A DNA stretch of 64,000 bases from an uncultured delta proteobacterium (GCA_963696385.1 CAVOKF010000002.1:79642-143641), one strand, 5' to 3'; shown: positions 21,720 through 32,455, counted from the stretch's first letter. Numbers and translations are program-made. The notes: generated by a model not told the origin, from the sequence alone.

Positions 21720-21914
21720 CCAGGTGCGGACTTCCAGGCTGACGCTCAACGTCGCCGCCAGCGCAACGGCTCGTGGTCGGAAGCTCTCCGCGCTCCAGCG
21801 CGGGACACGACGAATCAGGTCTCAAACCTGCCGCGCAGCGGCTTCGTCCAAGATCCCTTTGGGGCGTCCGTTGTTACTCAGCGGCGACCGATTTGGCGCC
21901 ACGCGTGGCCCTCA

Positions 21915-22347
21915 TCATCGTCCGTAGCGCATACAGCACATTTGCTCGGGTCGAGTGCATGGAAACCCTGTCGGTTCGCCTGCGCCGTTGCAGCCTCCTC
22001 CGGCATCGACGCATATGCCGCCAGCGAAATCGCAATCCTGGGCCGCCGCATCAATGTCACTTGAATCCGACGTGCCTGCCTCTACCCGACAACTACATCC
22101 GCAGACCCCGCAGTCGGCCTCGCTTGCTTCAACCGTGTCTGACAAGGAGTCGCCGTCGCTTGTCGCTGCTCCTTCGAAGGAAGCTGCTGAATCCAGAGAC
22201 GCGAGGGCAGATGCCGTAGACGCATCGCTCCCCGCAATTGGATGACCAGCGACTCTTGCCGCGTCGCCTCCGCAGGAAGCCATCGACATAATGAACAGCG
22301 CGAGCGCGAACCAAAATTTCTTACCGATCGGATGACAGGGAGCCGCC
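21915..22347 (-). CDS. Small Cys-rich lipoprotein
   Basis: FALALFIMSMASC lipobox, low-complexity DA linker, C-terminal Cys cluster; start uncertain. Confidence 0.55.
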
Positions 22348-22515
22348 CCGTCACGTGCCAGTTCTCCTCGACCGGCGATTGAAATTGGGACGGTGCCCGC
22401 CGCCGGACCATCGAGCGCCTCGGTGGCCGCTCCCAGACCGATGCCGCCTATGCGCACCGTGGAGGTCGTTGCCGCGCGGTCGATCGGGGCTCCGCAGAAG
22501 GGGCACCTCATTTCA

Positions 22516-22566
22516 TCGCAAAAGAGATGACGTCGCAAAAGAGATGACGTCGCAAAAGAGATGACG
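22516..22566. repeat. 17-bp perfect tandem repeat x3
   Basis: TCGCAAAAGAGATGACG x3. Confidence 0.95.
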
Positions 22567-23559
22567 CCTACACGCCCCACAGACGACAAGAGACCTAATC
22601 ACCGGCTATCGCTACAAATTGTAGCTTACTCGCATCGACATGTCACGAGGCGGACGGCTCATTCTTCGCGGGGCCGCCGCCGCTCGACCCGGCCACGGCG
22701 TGTGCGCTGTCCGCCTGCCCGCGCCCGACACGGGGATGGTCACCGGCCCCCAACTCGCCGAAGTTTCTCCTGGAGACACGAGTGCCTCCCCAGTTACTGG
22801 GCCGTCCCCTTCGCTTGTGCCGTGGTCATCCAGCGCGCCGTGTGCGCCGCCTCACTCGCGGCATCCGGATCGACGCCGCCGAGCGTTCAGGGTTGCCCAT
22901 CCCGTGACACCCGGAATCATGAATACTTCGCGGCTGCTTCCCCACGGCCAAAACGCTCGGGTGCGTACGCATCAGCGACGCCGTGGCCGCGTCCGCTGCA
23001 AGGCGCGCTACCGACCTGGCTGGGCTCGGCCATGATCGGGCCGGATTCGCACCCGCAGGACGACCTCTCGCAATTTCTCGAGGTCATCTCTCGCTCCTTC
23101 CTTCCTGACCAGGGAGGCCGGGTCGCAACTGACAAGTCGCCGACTTATTCGGCAGATCGCAGCCTTCCGTTTCGCCCTCTGGTTTGCCGTAACGCCTATG
23201 CCCACCTGGCGTTATGGGGTGAACGTCGCATAGAACGATTGATTTGGGAGCGACCCGTATGGAGCGTAGGCAGTCCAACCGCAAGACGGGGCATTGGGCG
23301 GGAATCGGGGCGAACCTCCAAAGTTAAATGTGGTCCACGATCCGGTGAATGGCTTGAAGCTACTCCAGTCCGGAGTGGGAGTGTCGAAGGTCTCCAATCC
23401 TAATTCGAGTTCACCGGTACTGGTCAGGTTCTGACAAGACGGCCACTGCCACCCGATTTGGCGATGGACCACCCCCCGACTCCATCGAAGTGCCTGGCCA
23501 AAAGAAGCCTTTTTCCCATCGGCGATGATGGCCGCGGTCGGCGCGGCAGTCGCAGCAAC

Positions 23560-23895
23560 GCGACACGGCGGCGGGCGCACTGTCCTTCGACGAGCGCTTC
23601 GCCATGATCGTCGACGCCGCGTACCTGGCACGCGACAATCGACGCCTCGCGCGCTTGCTCAAGGACGCCGGTCTGCGAATTTCCGGAGCGTGCTTGGAGG
23701 ACGTCGACGCCTCCGCTGCACGCGGCGCCGATCGCGGCATGCTCCGAGAGCTCGCGACCTGCTCATGGGTCGGCGACGTGCTGGTCACCGGCCCAACGGG
23801 CGTAGGCAAGAGTTACTTGGCGTCGGCGCTCGGTCACGTGGCCGCCGTCGAGGCATGCGCGTGCTCTACCGCCGCGTGCCGAGGCTCTTCGACGA
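23560..23895 (+). pseudogene. istB: IS21 IstB ATPase fragment
   Basis: LSFDERF..RRLARLLKDAGLR..TGPTGVGKSYLASALG..RVPRLFDE; ends at a GGCGAG-family repeat. Confidence 0.85.
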
Positions 23896-24017
23896 GCGAG
23901 TAGTAAGCCCAAAGTGCGTCGGTCGACGAAGAGCCGCGAAAGAGGGCGCGGAAACATATCGCGTCTTAATCGCGTCTTAGGGGCGTTCGTTATCGCTGAA
24001 TCGGCGAACCGATTTGG
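23896..24017 (+). repeat. ~110-bp GGCGAGTAG dispersed repeat, copy A
   Basis: GCGAGTAGTAAGCCCAAAGTGCGTCGGTCGACGAAGAGCC..GGAAACATATCGCGTCTTA..GGCGAACCGATTT. Confidence 0.9.
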
Positions 24018-24157
24018 TACGTCAATAAGCCGTTTCGCATACACGCCGACTTCGGCGCGTGTACCGTAGAGAATCCCCGATGCCTTTGACTACCCAATTC
24101 GTGCACTATGCACGTAAGTGATCGACATCACTCGAGAAATAAAGAATCCTACCTATG
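24018..24157 (-). mobile_element. Left-end remnant of the IS4 element at 56270
   Basis: Inverted near-copy of 56270-56450 with an internal deletion. Confidence 0.85.
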
Positions 24158-24316
24158 AAGACGCGATATGTTTCCGCGCCCTCTTCCGCGGCTCTTCGTT
24201 GACCGATACCCTTTCGACTGGCTACTCGCCTACGGACCACCGCGCCTCTCGCCGACTCGGCACCGCGGCGGTTTCCCGGTCTCTTCGTCGACCGACGCTT
24301 TGCATTGGCACTCGCC
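24158..24316 (-). repeat. GGCGAG repeat copies E (24158-24230) and H (24262-24316, partial)
   Basis: rc GGCGAGTAGCCAGTCGAAAGGGTATCGGTCAACGAAGAGCC..GGAAACATATCGCGTCTT; H is a divergent partial copy. Confidence 0.85.
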
Positions 24317-24364
24317 GAGCGCGCCGTGCGTAGCACTGACGTGATGGCGGTCACGGGTCGGTCT

Positions 24365-24502
24365 GCACCCCGTGTGTACCCCTGTCAGTGCTTCGCCGAC
24401 ACCCTCACGGGCGGCAGCGCATGACTCGGGGCCGTTGTGGCTCGCTATTCCTCAACGTTGGACTTTTCATTCCTTTCTCCATGTCGGTTTATCCCGGCGC
24501 AC
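24365..24502 (-). ncRNA. Group II intron 5' end fragment
   Basis: rc begins GTGCGCC (GUGYG consensus) ..GAAAAGTCC..TAGCGAGCCACAACGGCCCCGAGTCATGCG..CGTGAGGG..GCGAAGCACTGACAGGGG. Confidence 0.75.
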
Positions 24503-24750
24503 TAACCGTCCGGCCGGGGCCGTACTTGATTTAGGCGCAGAAAGCGCCGTGCGATCGGGCGCATGGGACGCGAGCGTCGGTCGCGAGTCTGGTGGTCAAG
24601 CCGAGTGGCGCGTTGGCGGCGCGGCAATTCGCAGAGAATGAAGGGCTTTCGGTGTTCTCGCTTCGGTGGTGGTCGAGCCAGTTGGCTCGTGATAACCGTG
24701 CGGAGCACGGTACGTCGGCGATCGAGCCGATCGAGATCACCGTCGAGGGG
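24503..24750 (+). mobile_element. IS66 left end plus partial tnpA (inverted copy of ~21460-21718)
   Basis: TAACCGTCCGG..ACTTGATTTAGG..ATGGGACGCGAGCG; cut by repeat B. Confidence 0.85.
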
Positions 24751-24755
24751 CGTTA

Positions 24756-24865
24756 GGCGAGTAGTAAGCCCAAAGTGCGTCGGTCGACGAAGAGCCGCGG
24801 AAGCGGGCGCGGAAAAATATCGCGTCTTAGGGGCTTCCGTTGTCACCGAGCGGCGAAAGATTTGG
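24756..24865 (+). repeat. GGCGAGTAG repeat, copy B
   Basis: Near-identical to copies A, C and D. Confidence 0.9.
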
Positions 24866-25096
24866 CTCATCGAAGTCGTGGACACCTTGCGGGGGGCGCA
24901 GTGCAGCTTTCGGAACTCGCACCCCGCCTCCGGCGAGGGGGGTAACTGCCCACGAACGATCGGAGCCTCCGATGGAAGCCTGGCGGGATGACGCGCCTAA
25001 CGCGCCCGTGCTTGATCTACCGAACGGACCTCACGGGCGAGCGTGTCGGGGCAGCGTCACGGTCGCATGTGCTACGAATAAACGAGATCCCTCGCC

Positions 25097-25735
25097 ATGG
25101 CCCAGCCCCACGACGCGTCCGTTGTGACTCCGGCGGAGTACCTCGCCTTCGAGAGGAACTCGGAGCGTAAACACGAGTACCTCGCTGGACGCATCTTCGC
25201 CATGGCCGGGGCGAGCCCCAAGCACAACCTCGTCTGTGGAAACATCATTCGAGCGCTGGGCGAGCGCCTGCGCGCTCGCCGTTGCGCCGTCCTGCCCAGC
25301 GACCAGCACGTCTACATCGAGGCGACCGGTCTCGGGACGTATCCTGATGTCACGGTTCTGTGCGGCCCTGGTCGGCGCCACGAGGACTTCCCGCAAAGCC
25401 TGGTCAACCCTTTGATTTTGGTCGAGGTGCTCTCTGCCTCAACCGAGGCATACGATCGCGGTGCCAAGTTCGACCACTACCGTCGAATCGAGACGTTGCG
25501 AGAGTATGTCCTCGTCTCGACGGATCGTCTTGCGGTGGATCACTACCTGCGGGAAACGGACGGCACGTGGCGTCTCGCCGTCTCGCGTGGCCTCGACGCG
25601 CAGCTACGCTTGCCGTCTGTCGACGCGACCGTGCCGCTGAGCGAGATCTACGAAAACATCGACCTGGTCGCGCCCGAGGGGATCGAAGAACAGTCCCCGT
25701 ACCCGCCAGAGGTGAAGGTGCCGAAGCGCTCCTGA
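25097..25735 (+). CDS. Uma2 (DUF820) family endonuclease
   Basis: KHEYLAG..AMAGAS..YPDVTVLC..VEVLSASTEAYDRGAKF..LREYVLV motifs. Confidence 0.93.
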   Translation: MAQPHDASVVTPAEYLAFERNSERKHEYLAGRIFAMAGASPKHNLVCGNIIRALGERLRARRCAVLPSDQHVYIEATGLGTYPDVTVLCGPGRRHEDFPQSLVNPLILVEVLSASTEAYDRGAKFDHYRRIETLREYVLVSTDRLAVDHYLRETDGTWRLAVSRGLDAQLRLPSVDATVPLSEIYENIDLVAPEGIEEQSPYPPEVKVPKRS

Positions 25736-25917
25736 GGATCGGAACTCATTCGCCTGGAATGCTGTCCATCATGCTGTCCACTTTGCTGTCCCTCACGGCA
25801 CCCTCGCGCGTAACGAGCTGGACGTGCGCGAGACGCCTCCGGGCCGTCTTTCTCGATATTTCAGTTCAAATGCAGTTTGCAGGAAACGCTCTGTAACACG
25901 TTGAAACCACGTAACAA

Positions 25918-25965
25918 TCGCCTTGCCAAGGTGGACGTCGATGGTTCAAATCCCTTCTCCCGCTC
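25918..25965 (+). other. tRNA-Gly(GCC) 3' half (att-site duplicate, not a full tRNA)
   Basis: CCTTGCCAAGG anticodon loop, GGTTCAAATCC T-loop, TCCCGCTC acceptor 3' strand; no 5' GCGGGA half upstream. Confidence 0.8.
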
Positions 25966-26934
25966 GAAAAAACAAGGGTTTCTGGAAGGGCCGACGACCC
26001 TGGAAGACCCCTGAGAATTAGCCCTGCTTGTGTGTTTTCTTGTGTGTGCGCGACGAGCGCGAGCAGCGCAGAGCACGCCGGGCTCAAGCGGCTTGCCGCC
26101 GGTTGCGTTGCCCCCCACGACTGGCGCCGTCGTCCCGCTGCTACGCCGGCCTAGCCGGGGGGGGCACGTGCGCCCGATCCGCGAGCGCGATGCGCTTGTC
26201 AAAGGAATCGGCGGCGGTCCGATTTCCCACCTGCTCTTCACCGCACGACAGATTGGAACGGGCAACACGACAGGTTCATTCGTGCGATCCGACTCACGGT
26301 GAACGCACTGACGCGTTGCGGCAATCACTTCTCGGCGTGCCCTTCTGTTGGGGGTCTTCGCGCGCGAGTCTGTACCGCGGCAAGTGCCGTGTGAGAATAG
26401 CGACTCGCGCTCGTGGAGCTCCCCAGGTCTCCTCACCGCGATTCTTTTCGGCGCGCCCCCAGGGATCCGTCGATATCGAACGGCGAGTGCTCAACGAGAA
26501 GCTCCGCGAACGTGTCGAAGTGGTCGTCAGATAAGGGGTCAGCGAGCGTGGGCTCTTGGGCCGGCATGGACACACTGTGCCCGCCAGCACACGAGAAACT
26601 CACCGGGACGAGCTCGCGGATCCGCGGCACGATGATCGGCAGAACCTCCTTCATCATCGGGTCGTCGTCTTTCGAGCTCGAAGACGGCTGAGGTCCCGGG
26701 TCCGATGATCGCGCCAGCTTCTTTGGGGCGCCGCTCTGGTGTGTCGCTCGCACCGGGACGCTTCCGGGGCCGCGCTCAGTCACGCCGGCGCGGCCCTTCG
26801 CGACTCCCGCCACCAGGCTGTCACAATCTTTGCGCTCTCGTACACCGGGCCGTGCGGGGGCCCGGCTTGCCAGTGAAGTCGCTCGCCGTCGCCCCAGAGG
26901 ACGCGCGCTCTCGGGTACCACTCACGTTGACAGC

Positions 26935-27046
26935 GGCGAGTAGTAAGCCCAAAGTGCGTCGGTCGACGAAGAGCCGCGGAAGAGGGCGCGGAAACATATC
27001 CCGTCTTAGGGGCGTTCGTTATCGCTGAATCGGCGAACCGATTTGG
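26935..27046 (+). repeat. GGCGAGTAG repeat, copy C
   Basis: Near-identical to copy A. Confidence 0.9.
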
Positions 27047-27399
27047 TTCTCGAGCGCAACCCGCAATCGTCGACCCGAGTGTTCCGGGACGGCGTCCACC
27101 AAATTGAGGATTTCGCAGTCTTTCAATACGTGGAGATCTACAGTCCGCTCGCGGCGAGTAGGCCGTTCAAAGCCTGCCGGTCGACCGAACGAGCCGCGCC
27201 CAAGGCGCTGCCCCAGGCCAACGGAGGGTGATCGTCCGCCATGCTTCGGAGCCTCGATCTGCGTGCCGAATTGGCCGAGCACGCCTGCCTCCCACGCTCA
27301 ACGCCCTTGCCTCACGTCGATGGCCGATGGCTTACGCATCACTGCCCATGAACGCCATCGCCGACGCTACGATCGCCCTGCGATGGGACCGACAAGCGC

Positions 27400-28176
27400 A
27401 TCCGGCGTGCGAAGAAGACGCTCGCATCGAGTGGGCGGCTCTTCGAACTCCACGACGACGCCGAGCTCCAAAAGCGCCTGCCTGCGGTGCAGCGGGCGCT
27501 CTATCTCTTGTTCAACGAGGGATACCACGGCGCTTCGCCCGAGGTGTCCGTGCGCGTCAGCCTGTGCCGCGAGGCGCTGCACCTCGCCCGGATGCTCCTC
27601 GAGCATCCCGTGTGCACCATCCCCAGCACGCGCGCTCTCGTTGCCGTGATGTGCCTGCACGCAGCGCGGATGCCCGCGCGGCTCGACTCCGCAGGCGACC
27701 TCGTCCCCCTCCGGCAACAGGACCGTACCCGCTGGGACACCGCTCTTACAGCCGAGGGGATCACCTTCCTCGACGCATCGGCGACCGGCGCCACCCTCAG
27801 CGAGTATCACATCGAGGCGGCCGTCGCGGCCGTGCATGCGAACGCGAAGACTGCGGACGAGACCGCGTGGGCCGAGGTCGTCGGGCTCTACGACATGCTC
27901 ATGGCGCTGCGTCCATCGCCCGTCGCGCTCAGCCGGGCAATCGCGATTGGGGAGAGAGAGGGGCCCGAGGCAGGCCTGCTCGCCGTGCGTGCCATCGAGC
28001 ACGACGGCCGGCTCACGCGAAACCCCTTTTACGAAGCCGCCCTTGGCGACCTGGAGCTGCGGGCGGGGCGAATGGAAGCGGCGAGGAAGCACCTGAGGGC
28101 TGCGCTCGAGAGGGCGCGAAATCCGATGGAGCGGCGGTTCTTCGAGGGACGGTTGCGCGCGCTCGTCCCGCGTTGA
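27400..28176 (+). pseudogene. C-terminal half of ECF sigma factor (DUF6596/TPR type)
   Basis: LYLLFNEGY, LCREALHL, GDLVPLRQQDRTRWD, YHIEAAVAAVH, PSPVALSRAIA; sigma2 region absent. Confidence 0.85.
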
Positions 28177-28241
28177 CCGACCCGCCTACTTGCGCGGGAC
28201 GACTGCGACCCACGTCGACGCCCGCCTTAGCGGACTCCCCC

Positions 28242-29087
28242 CTATGAGCCGTGAGCGTCGAGCAAGAGCTTCTTGGCCTGATCATCGGGTGTGCCGTCAT
28301 CGCTCATCGTTGGACTGTCCCCTTGGCTCGATGCGCTCTGCGGCAAGGAGGCGGAATCCGGAGGAGCGGTCCCATCCTGCGCGTAATTGTCGTACTTCGT
28401 CACGTCGCCCGTGTCGTCGTCGTCGCCAAACGGGTCGTCGGACAGGTCGCTCCCATCGTCCGCCCCGCTGCTCGGCGGCGCATCCCCACCTTCCGCGCCA
28501 GTTTGCCCGCTGGGATCCGACGGGCCGGCATGCAGCGCCAGGAGCGCGGCCCGCACCGTGTCGACGTCCAGGCCGTCGAGGTCCATGGCCGGGTCCAGAA
28601 AGCCTAGGTTCTGAAGCCGCTGGGCCGCGCCACTCAGGGTCTCGATCGGGTTCAGGTGTCCGACCTTGATACTGAAGGTCGCGCCGTCGCTGGCAAAGAC
28701 GATTGAGACCTTCTGCATGGAGATGGGAATGTCGAACGTGGCGTGGCCGTCCCCGTCCGTGCTCAGTCCCTTCAGGTCGGGGCATTCCGTGACGCTGAAG
28801 CCCTGGGAGGCTCGAGCGGGGTCGGCGAACACCACGACCAAACCGACGTTGGGCACGTCTGACACAAACAGGTTACTTTGCCCCGTCTGGAGCGAGTGAG
28901 GGACCGGGCTCTTGTTCACCTGATCCGGGATGTACAGGACGTCCGTCGGAAGCAGCAGGTTCGGATCGGGCCGCAGCTTCCGCAAGTCGTCGTTGGCCGG
29001 GTCGTTCCAGACGGAGTCCGCGTCGAAGGCGAAACGGTACGCCAGCAGTGGGAGATGATCGCCCTGTTTGACGACGTACGGTTGCAT
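28242..29087 (-). CDS. LysM-like plus peptidoglycan-binding protein (secretion-system associated type)
   Basis: YVVKQGDHL..WNDPAN..PNLLLPTDVLYIP; GAAQRLQNLGF; ends in AHGS. Confidence 0.8.
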   Translation of the reverse strand: MQPYVVKQGDHLPLLAYRFAFDADSVWNDPANDDLRKLRPDPNLLLPTDVLYIPDQVNKSPVPHSLQTGQSNLFVSDVPNVGLVVVFADPARASQGFSVTECPDLKGLSTDGDGHATFDIPISMQKVSIVFASDGATFSIKVGHLNPIETLSGAAQRLQNLGFLDPAMDLDGLDVDTVRAALLALHAGPSDPSGQTGAEGGDAPPSSGADDGSDLSDDPFGDDDDTGDVTKYDNYAQDGTAPPDSASLPQSASSQGDSPTMSDDGTPDDQAKKLLLDAHGS

Positions 29088-29220
29088 GGTGGTCGCGTTT
29101 CCAGAGCGCCGAGCCGTAGCACGGAGGAATGCCGGAGCGGCGGCTGCGTTCTTTCGTGCGCCTCTCGGACAATCTTGATATCGTGGCGAGAGTTACCTTA
29201 CAACGGGCAGATCACGAATC

Positions 29221-30954
29221 TTGGGCAAGGCCTCGGACACCCCGTTAGCCACGGCCGGCAGCGGCCCTTGGCAGGACTATAGCTTCAAGTGCTACGACAA
29301 CATCCTTGACGTAAGCGCGACGTCGACGGACGGCACGACGTACACCTTAACGCTCGGCAAGGTGGACATCGCCACGCTCACCATCACCGATCCGGCGTCG
29401 CTCAAGCTTTTTCGCAGCTGGGACCCCGACGACGACGTCCCCAGCGAGAGTCTTATCGTCAGTGGCGTGGGCTCGGCGAAGTTCAATCAGCCGGACCTGA
29501 GCGCCGTCCGGATGGCCACACCGGGGAGCAGCGGCAACGTGACGCTGAACTTCGGAGCGGCCCAATCTCTGTCCTACGGCCCGCTCGACATTCCGCGGAC
29601 CCAGACCATCAGCAACACTCTGCGCGCCGACAAGCTGGCCATCTGCAACGCGAAGACGCTCGCCGACCTCGCCAAGGCCGCGCCGGCCACGTCGGACTTC
29701 AACCTCGCGGCGAGCGCGCCGGAGGAGGTTCACCTCTGCGACGCGGCCACCGCCAACGGTTTCGAGCAAGGTGTCGTCGACCTGAACGCAGCGATCGACT
29801 CCGGCGACTTCGTCAAGGCATGGGCGAGCGCCAGGATGCTGGGCCTGCCTCTGCCGGAGGACGACGCGAAGTACGTCGATTTCGATTCGTTCTCCGACGA
29901 CGAGTGGCACCTGGCCTACGCGGTTGGCGGCGCGGCGTGCAATCAGAAGAAGGACGGGTCGTTCGGCTCGCGCTGGGACGCGAAGAAAAAGTCGATGATC
30001 GGTCTGCAGGGAACGGGGAACTACCTCGACCTGATCAACGACATGGCCGAGTGCGGCGTGGATCCTCTCGCGTCGCCGCCGCTCTCGCTCGATACGATTT
30101 TCAATTACTACAAGAACGTCCAGCTCGAGCACTCGCACGAGAAAGTCAACGCGCTCTACGCGAAGCTCCTCGCAGCGTGCCAGCGGGTCATGAGCGGGCT
30201 TCAAGTGCACTACCGCAATGCCGGGAACACGAAGACGCCGAGCTGGGAGAGGCAGGACCAATCGGTCGTCGTGCTCTACGTCGGAGGCGTGCTCGTCGAG
30301 GTCGGCGGCAAGGCGACGGTATTTCCTTCGGTGCAAGCGGCGAGCGACTTCGTGCCTCCCGGGGGCGCATCGGTCTCCGTCGCGCCGGGCCGCAAGGCCA
30401 CCAAGAAAGGGCCGTCAAAGTTTCCAGTGGTCTTCAAGGGCCTCAACGCGCCGGTGGGATTCAGCGCGTCGGTATCGCGTGCCGTGTACGGACGGCGTTA
30501 CGAATCGAGCTGCGAAGGGATGGCGTCGTTTCGACTGCGGACGCTCCCCCAGTACTTCTCGCCGGTTGGGGTCGTCTGCGCGACGCTCAAGACGGGCGGC
30601 ATCGGGCACTGCATCGCGGTCTTCTCGGGACCGGGCAGCCTCTATTTGTCGTCAAACGGCAAGGAGCCCATTGCGGTGACCAAGGGACTCGTTCAGAGCG
30701 CCACCGAGGCGGAGCTCGTCGCCATCTACAGCCATGGAAACCCGGCTTCGACCCTGTCGGCAAGCGACTTCGATTATGGCTTCGGTGTCACGCCTAAGCC
30801 GCAGGGCGAAACCCCGGCGCAGCGCGAGTCCATCATCGATCAGGTCATGCTCGACGCGAAGGTCGACGAGGCCTTGCACCGCAACAGCCGAACGGTACCT
30901 GGGCGCAGGCGCGCCCCGCTCGACTGGAACAACTTTCTTCCCAGCTGGGCGTAG
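29221..30954 (+). CDS. Hypothetical protein with possible C-terminal transglutaminase/papain-like domain
   Basis: 577 aa with coding-like composition; SSCEGMA..GHCIAVF..LSSN motif order; start uncertain. Confidence 0.6.
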   Translation: MGKASDTPLATAGSGPWQDYSFKCYDNILDVSATSTDGTTYTLTLGKVDIATLTITDPASLKLFRSWDPDDDVPSESLIVSGVGSAKFNQPDLSAVRMATPGSSGNVTLNFGAAQSLSYGPLDIPRTQTISNTLRADKLAICNAKTLADLAKAAPATSDFNLAASAPEEVHLCDAATANGFEQGVVDLNAAIDSGDFVKAWASARMLGLPLPEDDAKYVDFDSFSDDEWHLAYAVGGAACNQKKDGSFGSRWDAKKKSMIGLQGTGNYLDLINDMAECGVDPLASPPLSLDTIFNYYKNVQLEHSHEKVNALYAKLLAACQRVMSGLQVHYRNAGNTKTPSWERQDQSVVVLYVGGVLVEVGGKATVFPSVQAASDFVPPGGASVSVAPGRKATKKGPSKFPVVFKGLNAPVGFSASVSRAVYGRRYESSCEGMASFRLRTLPQYFSPVGVVCATLKTGGIGHCIAVFSGPGSLYLSSNGKEPIAVTKGLVQSATEAELVAIYSHGNPASTLSASDFDYGFGVTPKPQGETPAQRESIIDQVMLDAKVDEALHRNSRTVPGRRRAPLDWNNFLPSWA

Positions 30955-30956
30955 CC

Positions 30957-32018
30957 GTGGCGTCGGTGCACCTCCGCGGTGTCCGCGGTGCTCGCGCGCC
31001 GGGGGCGAATGCCGCGTGGGCTCGCGCGGCCCTCGTCGTCGCCGCGGGCTGCGGCGGGCGACACGCCGCCGTCGAACGGCCGGAGTGCCCGACGGAGCGA
31101 ATCCGGGCCGCGCCGGTCACTCGGAGCGCCGTCGCGATCACCCCTCTGGATGCGGGACCCCCGTCTCTCCCCAGGCGATTCTACGTGGCCGTTGCCGGGC
31201 GGTGCTCGGAGTGGATCGTGGCTGACGGCCTGGCCCGGACTGCGCGGCAAGGTCCGCTCGGCGAGGTGGTGCTCGAGGTCAAGGTCCGCAGCGGCAGCGC
31301 GGGCCCTGCCGTCGGCGAACACTACCGGCGCATCGGACCTCTCGAACGCATCCAGGACCGTCTGGAGGCACTGGCGTGCTACCCCTGCTTTCTCGAACGC
31401 GACCCGATGGTCGCTCGTGCCTGGCAGGACTGTGCGCCCGTCCGCCCTGCCCGCTGGTATGCCGACCTTCGGGACTGCACCCACGAAGCAGCGCTCCTCG
31501 AAGGCTTGCCCGACGCAAGCCCGCGCGCCGGCTGGGAGTTTCACAACGGGGTGACCTGCGAGCTTTCCGAGGAGGGCGCGCGCGCCCGGGACGAGGAGGA
31601 TCGCGCGGCGTACGACGCGACGAATCAGCAGCTCGAGGCGGCGCTCGCGACGGCGAAGAAGCGCCTGCTCTCGTTTCAAACCGCGCTGTCGCACACGCGC
31701 TCCGTGTTCGTCCGCCGCGGCGAGGGATGCGAGGCCTGGGACCTCCGGCAGGACGCCGATAGCCCATCGGGATGGAATCTCACGGCGGGACCCGCTCGCC
31801 TCGGGCGGCCATCAGCTCTCCGAGTTTCGATTTGCAGCCGGCCCCGACGGGGTCCGCCTGACGGGCTGGATTCAAACGCCGATTCCGTCCCGGGATCCGG
31901 CGAGCAACGAGATTCGCTACGGTCCGCTGTGCGAGTCGTGGACGACCCTGACCGACGCGGCGGCGGGTCACGCGAAGTTCACCGACCAGGTGTGGTACTT
32001 CTCTCGCGTCGCATGTGA
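30957..32018 (+). CDS. Hypothetical lipoprotein (C-terminus probably frameshifted)
   Basis: ALVVAAGC lipobox; starts 2 bp after the upstream stop. Confidence 0.55.
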   Translation: MASVHLRGVRGARAPGANAAWARAALVVAAGCGGRHAAVERPECPTERIRAAPVTRSAVAITPLDAGPPSLPRRFYVAVAGRCSEWIVADGLARTARQGPLGEVVLEVKVRSGSAGPAVGEHYRRIGPLERIQDRLEALACYPCFLERDPMVARAWQDCAPVRPARWYADLRDCTHEAALLEGLPDASPRAGWEFHNGVTCELSEEGARARDEEDRAAYDATNQQLEAALATAKKRLLSFQTALSHTRSVFVRRGEGCEAWDLRQDADSPSGWNLTAGPARLGRPSALRVSICSRPRRGPPDGLDSNADSVPGSGEQRDSLRSAVRVVDDPDRRGGGSREVHRPGVVLLSRRM

Positions 32019-32455
32019 AAAAGCCATCGACGAGGAACCCGAAGGGTTTGGTCCGGGTTGCGAGCGGTTGGGCCGCTGAGGCACCCGAAGACCGCCCTCG
32101 CCACTTGCGGCACCCCCCATGATGCCAACTCGCTCTTGGGCCGCTCGCGGCCCCAGCCGACCCTTCATCCTCGTCCCGCGACCCTCCATCGGAAATGACG
32201 GAAACCCGCGCCGAGGCGGTGGGACAAGAAGCCAAAAGGAGGTCTCGACATGTCCTGTCCCCGTTTCCTCGCTTGATCCGCCCTCGCCCTCGTCACGTCC
32301 GCGGCCGGCTCGGTTCGCGCGCAGGAGGCGGCCGTGCCCTGGCGCGCTCCGAACGGCGGGGCCGTGAGCATCAGCTACGCGAATGGTCTGGGGTCCGGCT
32401 CCATGGCGACGCGCGAACGCGGCCGAAAGACGCGAAATGTGCTGTCCATGGTGAC

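Noticed and set aside
24785..24820. Hammerhead ribozyme within the repeat (GAAGAG-stem-GAAA)
   Set aside because: Lacks the CUGANGA core, and the stem is not conserved between copies.
25918..25965. Functional tRNA-Gly
   Set aside because: The 5' acceptor strand and D-arm are absent.
23896..27046. GGCGAG repeats as CRISPR repeats or integron attC sites
   Set aside because: Too long and irregular for CRISPR; both orientations, no RYYYAAC..GTTRRRY ends and no integron integrase.
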